Source: Eledone cirrhosa
Lineage: Eukaryota
Assembly (NCBI GenBank): GCA_964016885.1
Contig: OZ024758.1
Coordinates: forward strand, 2,914,001 to 2,978,000
DNA length: 64,000 nucleotides
Reading direction: 5' to 3'
Shown here piece after piece: positions 11,105 to 25,547 of this stretch (positions are counted from its first letter, which is position 1; each line of letters starts with the position of its first letter). The position numbers and the translations under genes are program-made. The notes under the pieces are model-generated. The model was not told where the DNA came from. It made no database searches and saw nothing but the letters and a program-made list of their open reading frames with translations.

Positions 11105-13235
11105 CTATGTACGCACGCACAAACACAGACCAGGCACCACATTTACATATTTATAAGAAAAGTATCCTCTGTACCCATTATCAACAAAGTTGAAAAGGAT
11201 TTTATCCATCGGTAGTAGCTTTCATCGGTCGGAGAATCTGAAATTATATATAATATCTATAGAAAGTGCATTGATAAACGGTTCTCGATTCTGGCGAAAT
11301 TCAATGCGATTTAGTAGATCCTGGTCCTTCAGTAAATGCGAAACATGGTTTTAAAAGTACATTAGAAGGCATGTCATTTATCATAGCAACTATTCCTTTA
11401 AACGTCCACAGAGAACTAAGAGGCTGTACGCTGCTAGAGAATGTGCCACAAACAATATAAAGTCACATTCTGGACTAAAAATATGCACTCAAACAATAAA
11501 AGTTGACCTTGAAAGAAACTGAAAATGTAGTTTAATGCGTTTCCTAGTCTGTTTATGTTAGGTAACCATGCTGTTCATTGCATTAAAACACAGAGTCTAT
11601 AGGACTATAAATTGGCTAATAACCTTCTCTTATATATTTGTAAAAGCTCTGATTTTCATGCCAAAACAAGAACGTAACCATATCGTTCACCAACAAACAT
11701 TATTAATAGAATTGGAACAAAAGATATGAATTATATTACATCTTTATCTACGTGGCATGATAGATTTATAGATACTGTTATTTCATACATTACGTTTTTG
11801 CTATATTCAGGGATTTGTAAGTGCATGTTTCAAAAACGTTTATATATTACATAAATATATATTTCCTATATTCAATAAGCATGTCATTTAAAATAAAACC
11901 AATAATGTATCCCATTATTTCTCCATCCAGTCGCTATTGCTTTTGAGTGAGGAGGCGATTACTATGGAGCCTTGAGTGTCCTCGAGTGTTCAGTGGAACT
12001 AACTTTGAATTGAAACCTGTCCATGTATAGATACTTTAGTGTTATTGAATTCTTCATAAACTATCGTCGGTTGAGACTCAATAGGAATGACGAGAGAAAG
12101 AAACACAGTTTTATCGTGTCACATGGGGCAAGAAGTTCACAGAAAGAGAGACATAGTTGAGAGAGACAGAAACGGAAAACATCATATCGGCAGGCATGAG
12201 CCTAGTGTGTGATGGTTTATAGTCTTACCATGAATCAGAAATTGTATTTCCAAGACCTGATCACAAGCGTGTGTATAAAATTCTTGCAATGGCTACGATA
12301 TATAACCAACATAGTTTATTTGATGTTTCAAGAGGAAACTCAGCATTTTAGAGGTATGATGTGTTATTTATCGCTATTTATCCTCACTTTCATGATGTAA
12401 ATATGTAATGCGTAGGCTTCATGTTCTATCACGTTACATAATGTGTTGTAAACGGTTTGGCGTATACTATTATGTACTGAAAAACTCTACTGTATTGTGT
12501 GGCTAATTGGTGTCTTGTGACAGTGTCTACGTTGATGGCCTCAGGACAGACACTGGTCTTTAGGACATGCAGGGCATATATATATGTATATATAAGTGGG
12601 AAGTTAGTGACAGATTATATTTAGTTGTTCTGATTACTTATTGTAAATTGGCGAGTCGTCTGTATCGATTTCGGACCTGTTACAACCATTACCCAAGGAC
12701 GTGGTTGAATAGTGAGAATGAAAGGCACATGGATTTGTGATATATTATTTTGTAGATTGTGGTATAAGAAACACTTGTACATTCTAGTCAAACATTTTTA
12801 TTTAATAAAAGGAAACTATACCAACAGAAAAACATATAAATCGCAAAACAAAACACTTAAATATGAATTTGATGTGGCCAGCAAAAGGTTCGAGTGTTCT
12901 AGAAAAGGGTTTTAATTTCCTATTGAATACATTTATTTATCCTCATCATATTCCCATTTGAATCCTCTTTTGCTAATATTCACGAGAGAATCGTACGTAT
13001 TAAGTTATGTGACTTGGCTCCCTTTATTTCATTATAAATCAGTTGAAACTCAATCTTAAATATATTTTGATATTTATAGGAAGATAAGAGATGTATTATT
13101 TCGTAGTTTAGTGTACACCAGATAACATACAGCATGTGTTATAAATCTGTTATATTAACCATATTATTTTGATATCACAGTTATAATTGTTTTTTTGCAT
13201 TAGGTAGAATCTTATAGATACATCTTTAATAAAAT

Positions 13236-13683
13236 AATTGTTTTTACTCTAGACACAAGGTTCGTAATTTGAAAGAGAGGGGAAAGTCGTTTAAATCGAC
13301 TCCAGCAAATTACTGGTGATTTATTTTATCGACCTTGTAAGGATGAAAGGAAAAGCTAACCACGGCGGGATTTGAACCCAGAACGTAAAGGGCCATAACA
13401 TTATGCAAACTAAGCATGTTGTCCGACTCTTTACCGACTCTGCTTATACACCGCCCTTTTATAAAGTAATGGGTTCTACTATAGGCACAATGCCAGCAAT
13501 TTTGGGGATTGGGAAAATCGATTAAATCGACCCAGTACGTAACTGGTGCTTTATTTTATCGACCCCGTAAGGATGAAAGGCAAAGTTAACCTCAGCGGGA
13601 TTTGAACTCAGACCGTGAGGAAACGTAACTATGCTGGAAAGCATGGCGTCCGACTCTCTACCAATACTGCCAATTCACCGCCA
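13236..13683 (-). mobile_element. Two tandem SINE A copies (13236-13456, 13468-13683), long-tail form
   Basis: Reverse-complement family motifs. Confidence 0.95.
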
Positions 13684-14157
13684 ATGACGGTTATAAAATA
13701 ATAGGGATATTTTATATTTTGATTCACGGTGCCCCATGTTTTACTATATTTTCACAGCATTGGTGTATTACAATAATCAACAGTAGTGTGTTGTCAGATT
13801 TCACAGGGAAAGCCGTCAAAACAATATCATAGACATACCTTCACACGAATATAATTTTTAAGGAAAAGAAAAATTACATTGGATTTAAAAATGATGACGT
13901 GTGTAATTAAATAATAAATGCTACACAAATGAACAATATTCTTGCATTAATATCGTGCAGTGAATCATAAAAATTTATATTAGAGAAAATCATATTTCCT
14001 CTATAAAGCGTGTTAGAATATATCAAGAGAAATATATGTCATAACTATGGTTTCTACGTAGACTGCATATTGTTTTAGTGGTGACGGTCTAAACAGCCTC
14101 TTTCCATTCATCACACTGCAATATGGATACACATAAATGAATACAAAGACACACAAA

Positions 14158-14209
<52 letters not shown>

Positions 14210-14220
14210 CATGCATATAG

Positions 14221-14387
14221 GGCGGGTAAATTTCCCGAGATCCATAGACGAGTTCTCTCCAGCGATCTCTGTCCCTCATTATCGCTGCCATGCCCTGCAC
14301 CTCCAAGAGACCAGTGTCTGTCCTTAGGGCATCAACATATGTTAACCTCGGTCTTTCTCCTCCAGTGTGTCCATGCAGGGGCTCCCA
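14221..14387 (-). mobile_element. RTE-clade LINE 3' remnant
   Basis: WEPLHGHTGGERPRLTYVDALRTDTGLLEVQGMAAIMRDRDRWRELV matches the GRP..Y.D.L..D...M.DR..WR C-terminus of RTE ORFs. Confidence 0.85.
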
Positions 14388-14410
14388 TTTATCATTACTA
14401 CTATATATAT

Positions 14411-14525
14411 AGTAATAATGATAAATGTGAATACTAAAATCCGAAGAGGGCTCGATAAGTATAACAAAAGTTTCAGAAGATCCCATTAAGAGTGAAAGCA
14501 GCGATTCTTTGCTTAAAATTTAATA
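14411..14525. mobile_element. CAGAAGA-family element: inverted tail (14411-14460) plus hammerhead-like motif (14467-14521)
   Basis: AAAGTTTCAGAAGATCCCATTAAGAGTGAAAGCAGCGATTCTTTGCTT. Confidence 0.65.
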
Positions 14526-14534
14526 AATAAATAA

Positions 14535-14572
<38 letters not shown>

Positions 14573-15214
14573 GTGTGCGTGTGCGTGTGTGCGTGTGGAG
14601 AATAGGATGGCTGTAGATTGCTATTTAAATTAGGCTTAAAAATGGAATGAGAATAAGAAGAAAACAAGAACGGAGGTCTCGGATATTTAAGCGTTGAAAT
14701 ATCCGAGACTCTCAGTAGACAACAAAGTATTATACACAAATATATACATATAAACACGTCTTCCTATACATAAATATATATATAAGCACATACACACAGC
14801 GATTATTACAAACTCCAACGGATCCTATTTGAAGTGCGTTCTCATAGCATGTAAATATAATTACCATACACACACATATACAGATTGAAGAGCGACTATG
14901 CAAGGGAGTTTATTCCTATTAACAAACATAAAATAATTCAATTTTTTATTAAAAACCTTAACATGAAATTATGTTTTGAAATATTATATAAAAACAGAAT
15001 TATGCACTGATATATTAGCGAACAGTCATAAATAAGAATCCCAATAAAGCCGTCCTCTGGTCATAAACAAAGAACTATTCACATATTACCATACCTAGTG
15101 ATATATGTAAACGACCACAACCAGCGCGCGTGCGTGCGTGCGTGCGTATGTATGTATGTACGCACGCACGCACATACCTATTTGTCTGTCTGTATGCATG
15201 TATGTATGTATGTA

Positions 15215-15747
15215 TAATAATATATATATATATTTTACGTGTATATACATATTTACGTGTATATGTATATATATTTACGTGTATATATATATATATATAT
15301 TTATGTATATATATATATTTATATGTGTGTATATATATATCAATTTATGTCTGTATATATATATATATATATATTTATGTGTATATATATACATTTATGT
15401 GTGTATATATATATATACATTTATGTGAATATATATATATATATTTATTTATGAGTGTAAATACATATATATATATATATATATTTATTTTTGTGTATAT
15501 ATATATATATATTTGTATTTGTATATATATATTTGTGTATATATATATATATATATATATATTTGTATTTGTATATATTTATTTGTTTGTATATATATAT
15601 ATTTATTTGTATATATATATATATATTTATTTGTATATATATATATTTATTTGTATATATATATATATATTTATTTGTATATATATATATATATATTTGT
15701 ATATATATATATATATATATTTGTATATATATATATATATATATTTG

Positions 15748-15806
<59 letters not shown>

Positions 15807-15959
15807 CATACATAAATGTATATATATGTGAGTATATATTTATATATATATATATATTTATGTGAGTATATATATATATATATATATTTATGTGAGTATA
15901 TATATATATATATATATATTTATGTGAGTATATATATATATATATATATATTTATGTGA

Positions 15960-16015
<56 letters not shown>

Positions 16016-16081
16016 GTGAGTATATATATATATATATATATATATTTATGTGAGTATATATATATATATATATTTATGTGA

Positions 16082-16146
<65 letters not shown>

Positions 16147-16180
16147 GTGAGTATATATATATATATATATATTTATGTGA

Positions 16181-16224
<44 letters not shown>

Positions 16225-16258
16225 GTGAGTATATATATATATATATATATTTATGTGA

Positions 16259-16290
<32 letters not shown>
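15215..16290. repeat. About 1.1-kb compound (TA)n array with spacers TTTACGTG, TTTATTTG/TTTG and TTTATGTGAG
   Basis: Direct inspection. Confidence 0.95.
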
Positions 16291-16293
<3 letters not shown>

Positions 16294-17446
16294 TTGTATC
16301 GGTATGTGTGTGTCTTTGAAGTTTAAAATATTGCAGTTGTTGTGAGGGGAGAATTTTCCGCTAAAGTGGCTTCGCTGATCGATGAAAGATAACTGAGAAA
16401 ATAATAATTTTCAATGATGGGAAATTTTTATGATCAATCGAATAGAAATCGATAGAGAAATAAGTGTTATATGAAAGCAATATACGTGCGGCGTTGCAAG
16501 CATATATGCTGCAGATTGTTGCACATTTCTCTATTACGAATGCAGTAGTCGTAACCTTTTCCTCCATCTAAAATTACCCTTTATAAATTACAATTTAGCA
16601 TTTGTAGCTTTTATGAAATAGAATTCATATTAAGCAGATATGAAGAATCTTTTATGAGCCACATCTGGCCAAATATAAACACCTACAGATCTCTTGATAG
16701 TACCTGTGTAATAAACCTTTTACTATTACATATGTTTTTTATATTTTCTATTAAATTATGCGTCTTTTTACCTCTTCACCTGCGTTGCAGTATATTTATT
16801 AGTAAGCTAATATAACAAATAATTAGATGTATATAATTGAATTCAGATATTCATATCGAGGAGTTTGATTCCTTTTGAATCCGGACAACATAATTGCCCA
16901 TAAACTATATATGAAAAAAAACAAAAAAACGTTAATTTTATTTCCATATTTCTTTAAATGTTTTTTTATATATTTAATATATACCTTGTCATCCTCTTTT
17001 ACTGCATATAATTAATTTAGAAATTCACTTTCGCGTCTAATTAAATATTAACCAAGTAACCTATATTCTTGAATATTCCACGTCCCTCTCGCTGGCTACA
17101 ATGCTGGTGACGTAGTTTGCCTTATATTCATTATATATGAATGCTCTCCCATTAGATACTAACCTCCTCTATTACTGAACACAATTTAATTATGCTTTCG
17201 CTTACATTACTGTGGGTGCTAATGCGTTACATTGTATGTCATCATCATAAATATTCTTCAGTGAATATCATCTTTAGTTATATTGTTTAAATGTCTTTAA
17301 TATTTACTAAATCGCACAATGGTTGAAATATTCTATATTGTTTTAGCTTAGTCAGTAAAGGAAGAGTGAAATCATATTCTTCAAAGGTTTCCGAAATTGG
17401 TAGAAACATAGCAACTAAAACTTACGATTCCTGCATCATTCTAAAC

Positions 17447-17753
17447 CAGGAACGTGCAACAGGAGGCCCAGGGGCCACAATCGGGCCTGCCAGACAAGGC
17501 CGAGTGGCCCCCACTGACCGTTTTTAAGTTTTACCTTGTAGGCTTATTTAGAATATTTTTAGTAACCGTAATATTTCTGTTAGTTGACCTATACTAAAGG
17601 GCTTCACTGATAGGGTTATGTGTGTCATAATTTTCCAATTCGATGTTTTGGAAAGAAGTTGAGGTGGAATAGTGCTTAATAAATATCAATGGCCCTAATA
17701 GTTGTTCCAATGTGCAAAACTAGCCCGCCAATGGAATATGTTGCACATCCCTG
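17447..17753. mobile_element. Non-autonomous hAT (Charlie-type) DNA transposon / MITE
   Basis: TIRs CAGGAACGTGCAAC and GTTGCACATCCCTG, subterminal GGCCC motifs, imperfect 8-bp TSD TTCTAAAC/CTGTAAAC. Confidence 0.8.
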
Positions 17754-18973
17754 CTGTAAACCATGCATTCTAATAAAGGAAGTCCAGATCCAGGGAGCCG
17801 ATGGGGGTTTCTGACACAATGATGGTAAATCTTTGTATTATTAAATCATAAGCATAGCTAAGTCCTTTATATATTGATCAGCTTTTTTTTATTTTTCAAT
17901 TTTGGGCTTGGTTTGAAGAATAGGTTTTGGCCGTCATCTCCATAATTTGGATTTTTTTGTCTAGGAGTAATTTCCGTGGGTTAATTCATGGACAGTAAGA
18001 TGATGGATATTACCTTGTGAAAAGACTGGTGTAGGATGCTGCAAAAAATACGTTCCCCATTAGATAAAGAGACGTACGCTATTGAAATGGCTGCGAGATT
18101 GCGGTACGAGACAAATGTGAGCAGCAAAGGTTAACTTAGTAGAGGTACAAAAGGCAGAGTGTGGAATGACTACGTATATGGACCAAAGCTGGAGTGTGGG
18201 TAGAGGTAAGACTCAGTGTTTGGTTTGAAGGTGTATTAGCCATCGCTGTATTACCCGGATCCATAAGAACATATCTACATGTAGCACATTCTCGTAGGTT
18301 TGATCATAGATCGATTATTATATAACAATAAAATTATGTTCTATTTACGACACAAACTTATTCAAGTTTACTACTCTCATAAATTGAAGTTATTTCCAAT
18401 TTATATAACGCGCTTACAAGTTTCCATGGATTCTAACTTGATGTTCCTTAGTTCATTTGTGAGAATAATGTTTTTATTCTCTGCAAATTTACATAAATTA
18501 TTATATTCATGTTAAAATTATTTCCATAAAATATACTGATGAATATCAAATGAAAATAGAATTAAATTTTAATCTCACCCAAAAGCAAATTTAAGCCATT
18601 AGTACTTACATTAATGTTTGTAAAAAAAAAATACTAAAATAAAATTTTAAATAGAAATCATATGCTAGAAAGTGCCAGGATATTATAATATTTGCGGTAT
18701 GTATATAACATTTATTTCCATTTAATTTTGTTTTCATAATTAGTTTACGTAATAAAGTGGTTTTCAATATATTTTAATGATTCCCATGTATGATTTCATA
18801 AATATTCTCACTTCACTGTCCAGCCTATGAAGACAAATTCATATATATCATAATATTAAATTGAGTGATGTTGACAGTTGGTTATGAATGTAAAATATTC
18901 TGTAATTAATATTGGATAAATGGAATTCAATCTTCCAGCATAACGATAGTTATATATAGTTTTATAATCTTAA

Positions 18974-19251
18974 TAATTGTTTCTACTTTTGGCGCAAGGC
19001 CAGCAATTAACCAGTGCATTACTGGTACTTTATTTTATCGACCTTGTAAAGTTAACCTCGGCGGGATTTGAACTCAGAATGGCAAGGGCCATAATTCTAT
19101 GCGTGGCGTCCGACCCTCTACCGATTCTGCCAATCCACCATTACATTCTTAATAATTGTTTCTACTTTTGGCACAAGGCCAGCAATTGTCCAGTGTATTA
19201 CTGGTACTTTATTTCATCGACCCCGTAAGGTTGAAAGGCAAAGTTAACCTC
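18974..19251 (-). mobile_element. Two tandem SINE A copies (18974-19139; partial 19154-19251)
   Basis: Reverse-complement family motifs. Confidence 0.9.
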
Positions 19252-19661
19252 AATAATGAATACCAATTATAGCTTACGAATGAAATATGAGATCGAACAT
19301 TTTTGCAAATACTGCATGCGATGTCTTTCAAACATACGCTCGGATAATACCTAATGTCTAGATGTCTAAAGTCTGTGCTAAGCTATTTAATGTTCGTTAG
19401 GTCGGTGTTGAATCCGGTTTCATAGCGAGAAGTTAGAGATTACATACAGAACATAAAAATTAAAATAATATTTAAACTTAGAAATGACCCAGCAGATAGG
19501 CAAATCAGTGAGGCAAGTGAAATAGAACTTAGAAGGCCAAAGCTAAACAGAAAAAATGAATGGAATAACAACAACACCCCAAAAAACAATACTGACCTAA
19601 GAGAAATATAAATAAATAAATAAATAAATAAACAGATTAACTAAATAAAGATGGCGTAGAT

Positions 19662-19930
19662 ATAAAATACAACAGGAGGAACATAATAGTACCATTGACG
19701 ATGTTGCAGATGTGCAACAAAGGAACTTTGTTAGACTATATATATGTGTTTGTGTCTATATTATATCTGTATTTTTGACCGTTTGTCAGTCAATGGCAAA
19801 CATTGAGGAGTGAATAAATTAACTGATATAAAAGATACAGAAGCGAAAATTAACCAAACAGTGAGTGTGTTCTGTTTTAATTCTGGCAATATTATTACAA
19901 CAATAAGACCCTCCCCAAGTATAACAATAT
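19662..19930 (+). mobile_element. Penelope-like pLTR family C with degenerate hammerhead (19687-19738)
   Basis: Homologous over about 270 bp to the reverse complement of 32551-32815. Motif TTGACGA-T-GTTGCA-gatg-TGCAAC-AAAG; ends GACCCTCCCCAAGTATAACA. Confidence 0.65.
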
Positions 19931-20157
19931 TTTGTGTGTATATATATATACAAAATGATACCGCTAAGGGTAAAAGCAGCTTAAACTTAATCTGTTATTT
20001 TAATAAGTATTTGGTCTACGGTTTTATATCTATCTATCTATATATATATAATATATAAGAACATATATTATGTATACTCCAGTCCTACAAACTGTAGAGT
20101 GCTTCTTATCTGATATCTGCATTGCTTTATTGTACTACAATAAAACTCACCTCCTAC

Positions 20158-20194
<37 letters not shown>

Positions 20195-20273
20195 TTTCTG
20201 AATTTGTTTAGCAAGATTCTTTATCTGAAATCGTGTGTTGAAACCGATATCAACATGACCCCCCCAAAAGTAT

Positions 20274-20308
<35 letters not shown>

Positions 20309-20488
20309 AAAGACAAGGCTGGTTATTATGATAGAATGATTTTTTGTGTGGCAGAACTGCGTTTAAATAACATAAATAAGAAAAAAATAGGAGTTTAAAT
20401 CAACAATTGCAAAGAAAGAAGACAGTCGGTTTCAAGAGTGTATATATACATTGATCGCCAGATCTCTGGTCAATTTATGATAGACTTT

Positions 20489-20535
<47 letters not shown>

Positions 20536-20999
20536 GTATGGACATAGGCATACATACATCAATACACCGGCGTACACCAACCCTTTTCACTATCATTTGC
20601 TTTGGAGTAAGTTTTAGACATCATTACAAATAAAATCATTATTTTAAAGCCCCCGTTGCGGAGGATGCTATTTACTTTGGACATTCAAACAAACGAGTAT
20701 GCCTAACAAATCAATCAGAAGTGAAACAATAAATTATATACTGAATATAAACAACTGGTAGTTCAGTCTAGCGGTTGGGTAAATTCCTTATTTCAATTGG
20801 CAAACTTTAGTTGTATAAATGCAACATTGTATGCATTCATTATAAGGGAGTTGTTGATGCATGTTTTTATTTCATGATGAAAGACCTAGCAATCACTAAA
20901 ATGTTAATGCACTGCATTGATCTCCCGCAAGGTTCAAGGAATTACTTTCCTCTTCTCGAATTGTGTAAATATAAATACTCAAGTACATTATGTTACTAG

Positions 21000-21410
21000 C
21001 TTTCTCTTACTCTCCCTTTCTGTCTCTTTCTCCTATTTCTCTCTCTCATTCATTCACTCTTTGTCTCATTCTCGTACTATTTCTCTCTCTCTCACTCTTT
21101 CTGTCTTTCTTTCTCGTTCTATTTCTCTCTTTCTCTCACATTCTCGTTCTCTCTTTCTCTCTTCTATTTCTATCTCTATCTCTCTGTGCCGAATTGAATG
21201 CACTAGCCTCTTGCTCTTAACCCCCCTCTCCAACATTTATTCTCCATCTCTCTTATCCCTCTCATGCCTCTTCTCCCTCTTCTTCATCTACCTCTTCCTC
21301 CCTCTAATTCTCCATCTCCGTGTCTCCATCCCCGTCACCATCGCCCCGTCTCCATCGCCTTCCTCATCATCTGCTCCCTCGTCTTCGTCTCCTCCCTCAT
21401 CTCCCTCGTA
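21000..21410. repeat. Pyrimidine-rich (TC)n / (TCC)n low-complexity tract
   Basis: Direct inspection. Confidence 0.85.
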
Positions 21411-21546
21411 TTTCTTTAATTTGTTTCAGCTACCATGGATAAGGCTATGCTGGAGCAATGCCTCTTTTCATCGTGGATATTTGTGACTGTACAATTGACC
21501 AGTAATACACCATGCACAGACAGCTCTCTCTCTACTTTTATTTTTA

Positions 21547-21736
21547 GGGCGGTGGATTGGCAGTATTGGTAGAGAGTCGGGCGCCATGCTTTGCAGCATA
21601 GAGTTACGGCCCTTGACATTCTGAGTTCAAATCCCCGGGTTAACTTTGCCTTACATCCTTACGGGGTCGATAAAATAAAGTACCAGTAATGCACTGGTTA
21701 ATTGCTGGCCTTGTGCCAAAAGTAAAAACAATTATT
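21547..21736 (+). mobile_element. SINE A, full length
   Basis: All family motifs present. Confidence 0.95.
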
Positions 21737-22102
21737 AGTGTGTTAAAATGTGAAGCAACATATCTATAGTTTACATTATTCACATACTAGTTAGTACAGA
21801 ACTATGACTTGCTTGGGTCTATGTGCACGCTAACGCATGCATGTATGTATATATACTCATGCGAAATGTATGTATATATACTCATGTGACAGTAGATCAC
21901 TTGTGTGAGATACACAAAACTGTCTATATGTACCTGTACCATGTCATATAAGTCTGGAAGTACGTTAGGTTTTTAAGCGACTACGAGTATATAATTGTAT
22001 ACGTGAGTACATAGAATAAATATATATATTTTTCTATACGGATAAATGGTGGCTTGTAAATAGGTTCATATAGATATATACACACATACCCTCATTATAC
22101 AA

Positions 22103-22147
<45 letters not shown>

Positions 22148-22178
22148 CAGATAATTTGCAAATATACATTATACATCT

Positions 22179-22224
<46 letters not shown>

Positions 22225-22629
22225 TTGTGTGTAATATATGCACGTGTGCACTTCATGTACTGATATAAATTGTTTTATATGAAGCTGTAAAACACTATGG
22301 AAGAGCATGTGAGAGAGAGAAAGAGAGAGAGAGAAAGAGAGAGAGAAAGAGAGAGGAAGAGAGAGAGAAAGAAAGAGAGAGAGAGCGAGAGAGTCAGGGG
22401 TACAAATAGCAACAATGCTTAAATGACACAGCTCTCCAACGTATAATAAGAGAAAGAAAAAATCTCATTCCCATCAATTAGTAACAATGCTTAATGTATC
22501 CGAGTACGAAACCAGATTCCAGCAGTGACAATTATATTTACATAAAAATCAGGCATGCGACTAAATTACTTACTGCACATATAATTTTATATGTATGTAC
22601 ATATAAATGCATAAAATAGAAAAACAAAC

Positions 22630-22832
22630 ATCTATATAGATATATACATATATACATCGACAGAAGGATATATAATAATATATAATATATATAGATATAT
22701 ACATACACATATAAATTGACAGAAGATATATAATAATATATAATATATATAGATATATACATACACATATAAATCGACAGAAGATATATAATAATATATA
22801 ATATATATACATACACATATAAATCGACAGAA

Positions 22833-22868
<36 letters not shown>
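22630..22868. repeat. Minisatellite, 4 units of 50-59 bp (core ATAAATCGACAGAAG in TA-rich units)
   Basis: GACAGAA at 22659, 22718, 22776 and 22826. Confidence 0.85.
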
Positions 22869-22870
<2 letters not shown>

Positions 22871-23725
22871 ATACACACATATATTAGAATATTTCTGATA
22901 CTAAACATATATATATATATATACACACACACACATACCTTTACAAGTACACTATCAGCGTTATTGTATACATGTTGCTGTTACCTGTAAGAATCTATAC
23001 ATGTACACACACGCACATACCTACATACATACATACATACATACATACGCGTGTGTACATCTATATATATATATATATATATATATATAGGTATGTATAT
23101 ATTTGTGCAATTGTATTATCTCCTACATTCACATACTTATTTTTGTCTGTATGTACACCGATATACATATACATACATACACACAAAGATATATATATAT
23201 ATATATATATATATTCGCACTTATATATGTATAAGTGTGTGTATGTGCGCGTGTGTCATCAAGTAATTACTATAATTTCATCAAAGCACCAAAATGAATT
23301 ATAAATATTAATTTAGTGAAACAATCTCACATGCATATATCTCATAATGGTTTTTTTCCTCATCTTTAAACTACTTTTGTTAATGCACCCTTTTAAGTAA
23401 TTGGATTCCTTCGATGCCACTAACGTATAGAGACCCTCCATTTTGCTTCTCTTTACACATTTTCTTTTATTTCTATATATGTATTGTAGTGAAAATATAG
23501 AGTAAGTGTCATAAAAAAATGTGACACGAAGACCGATTTGGCAAACGTATAAGTTCCAGAATACACATTATTAAGTTGTTTGTTGTTGCTGTTGTTATTT
23601 AACTTAGGTTAGGCACTCAACGAGGAGACCTGTAATCAAAGGTGCTTTAGAAGCACATGTATTCAACTGTAGTGCTTCGCTTATTGACATGCTTCATACA
23701 CAGACACATTACATATGTATATATA

Positions 23726-23910
23726 GGGCGGTGATTTGGCAGTATCGGTAGAGCGTCGGACATGCTTTCCAGCATAGTTACGTCCCTTTACGATCTGAGT
23801 TCAAATCCGGTCGAGGTTAACTTTGCCTTTCATCCTTACGGGGTCGATAAAATAAAGTACCAGTAATGTACTGGGTAATTGCTGGCCTTGTGCCTAAAAT
23901 AGAACAATTA
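23726..23910 (+). mobile_element. SINE A, full length
   Basis: All family motifs present. Confidence 0.95.
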
Positions 23911-23916
23911 TATATG

Positions 23917-23954
<38 letters not shown>

Positions 23955-23956
<2 letters not shown>

Positions 23957-24175
23957 GGAGTATACATAGAGTTTAGTTTATATATATTACGATGGTGTAA
24001 GAAAGAACAAAGTAGGGACACAACATATATCAGCACTGACGAGGTCTCAATGTGTGACAAAAGATCTGACAACATATAAACAATCAATCGGAAATTTATA
24101 ATAAATTGAAGTGAAAAACCAACAGGTGTGTCCGTTTTTATTGGTAGCATGACCCTCCCAAAGTATAACAATATA
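23955..24175 (+). mobile_element. Penelope-like pLTR remnant with degenerate hammerhead (24034-24070)
   Basis: CA-CTGACGA-G-GTC..GAC-AAAA-GATC-TG. It ends in CATGACCCTCCCAAAGTATAACA like family C and is TA-flanked. Confidence 0.5.
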
Positions 24176-24313
24176 TATATATGTGTATAAATAGACCTAC
24201 ATACACACGCTTTCACAAACCCATACATACATATATACACATACACAAACACACATATACATAAATATATATATGTGTGCATGTCTATGGTTGACCACAT
24301 GAACCACAGGTAA

Positions 24314-24534
24314 CCCTGTAGCATTTAAACCGGCCATATCCGGCCATAATTCTCGAACCTCTTTCTGTTCAAACCGGCCATAGCCAGCTGCTCATACTTT
24401 TGTTAAGTTATTGTTCTCAAAATAAATAATATCAAAATCTTGTAGATTTGATATTGTGTGAGGTAATTATGTGAAATGAAGTGTTTACCATAACAATACA
24501 GTAGTAAATATCGAATAATGTAAATGCTAAAGGG
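24314..24534. mobile_element. piggyBac-type MITE
   Basis: TIRs CCCTGTAGCATTTA and TAAATGCTAAAGGG, flanked by GTAA/TTAA. A homologous copy lies at 29071-29287. Confidence 0.8.
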
Positions 24535-25514
24535 TTAAACACTAAAGATTACCAATCTAAACATATAGAGTATTTCCACTATAAAATATAGCAGATATCA
24601 GATCACTACAAATTGTAATTTAGTTTTGGTGACCCTATGGATAATTTTGAGCATGAGGTTAGAATGCTAGAGAAATATTGTTTATAAAATGATTATTATT
24701 TTATGATTTAATTTTATTTTCAACGACAAATATCAATTTCAAAGCACATGATTACATTTCAATATCATGAAGTAGAGCTTAATTTGATTTTAAAATAGTT
24801 CAGTTTGCTGAGTGGAAAAGCGCCATGATACAATAGCCATTCATTACCCATTGGAATTTATTGAATGATTTAATAAATTTTCTTTCGATGTCAATTTTAT
24901 TTTTCATAACAGATCCTGAAATACAATTACATTCATAAGTTACAGACTAAAATCAATATGCCCTAGGTATGATAGTTGCTCAATCTCTATTATAGATTTT
25001 AGTTTTTAAAGATATCATATCATATCAGCTCTATGTTAAATGATATTTATTCTCCAGATGATTTAATAAACATAAAATTATCAATAGCAATATAACCAAC
25101 ACTTGAAGTTTAACAGAGCTTTGACAATGCGACAAAAAATAAGCAACAGCATACTCAATTATGGAGAATAGAGCTATATTGGATAAACTGAAATTCAATT
25201 GAAACACTCATACTATTCTTTTAAAGTTATATGCCTCTCTAGAAAACGTAAAAAATGTGTATACTTCTGTATAGGCAGAAATATTTCGAGATTGTCTTGA
25301 ATAATTTCATACTTGTTTCGAGGTTCCTCGCGAACTGCTCTCCATGACAAACATGGCTCAGATACAGTTCTTAAAGCTATTCATAACATTCAGTGAGACT
25401 CTCCTCTCCGCCCCTATTCTCCTTTCTATTTCCAAACTTCTTATAATTCTATTCAAAAGATCAAGTTACTCTGCGTAGAGAAAGAGAGAGAGAGATAGAG
25501 AGAGAGAGATAGAT

Positions 25515-25547
<33 letters not shown>

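Noticed and set aside
15130-16319. Long Ile/Tyr-rich ORFs (also at 22538, 37535, 43483, 56241, 58438)
   Set aside because: These are translations of (TA)n/(CA)n microsatellites.
22630-22868. CRISPR-like repeat/spacer appearance (also 15815-16290 and 38152-38848)
   Set aside because: The spacers are not unique, the context is eukaryotic and there are no cas genes; these are ordinary minisatellites.
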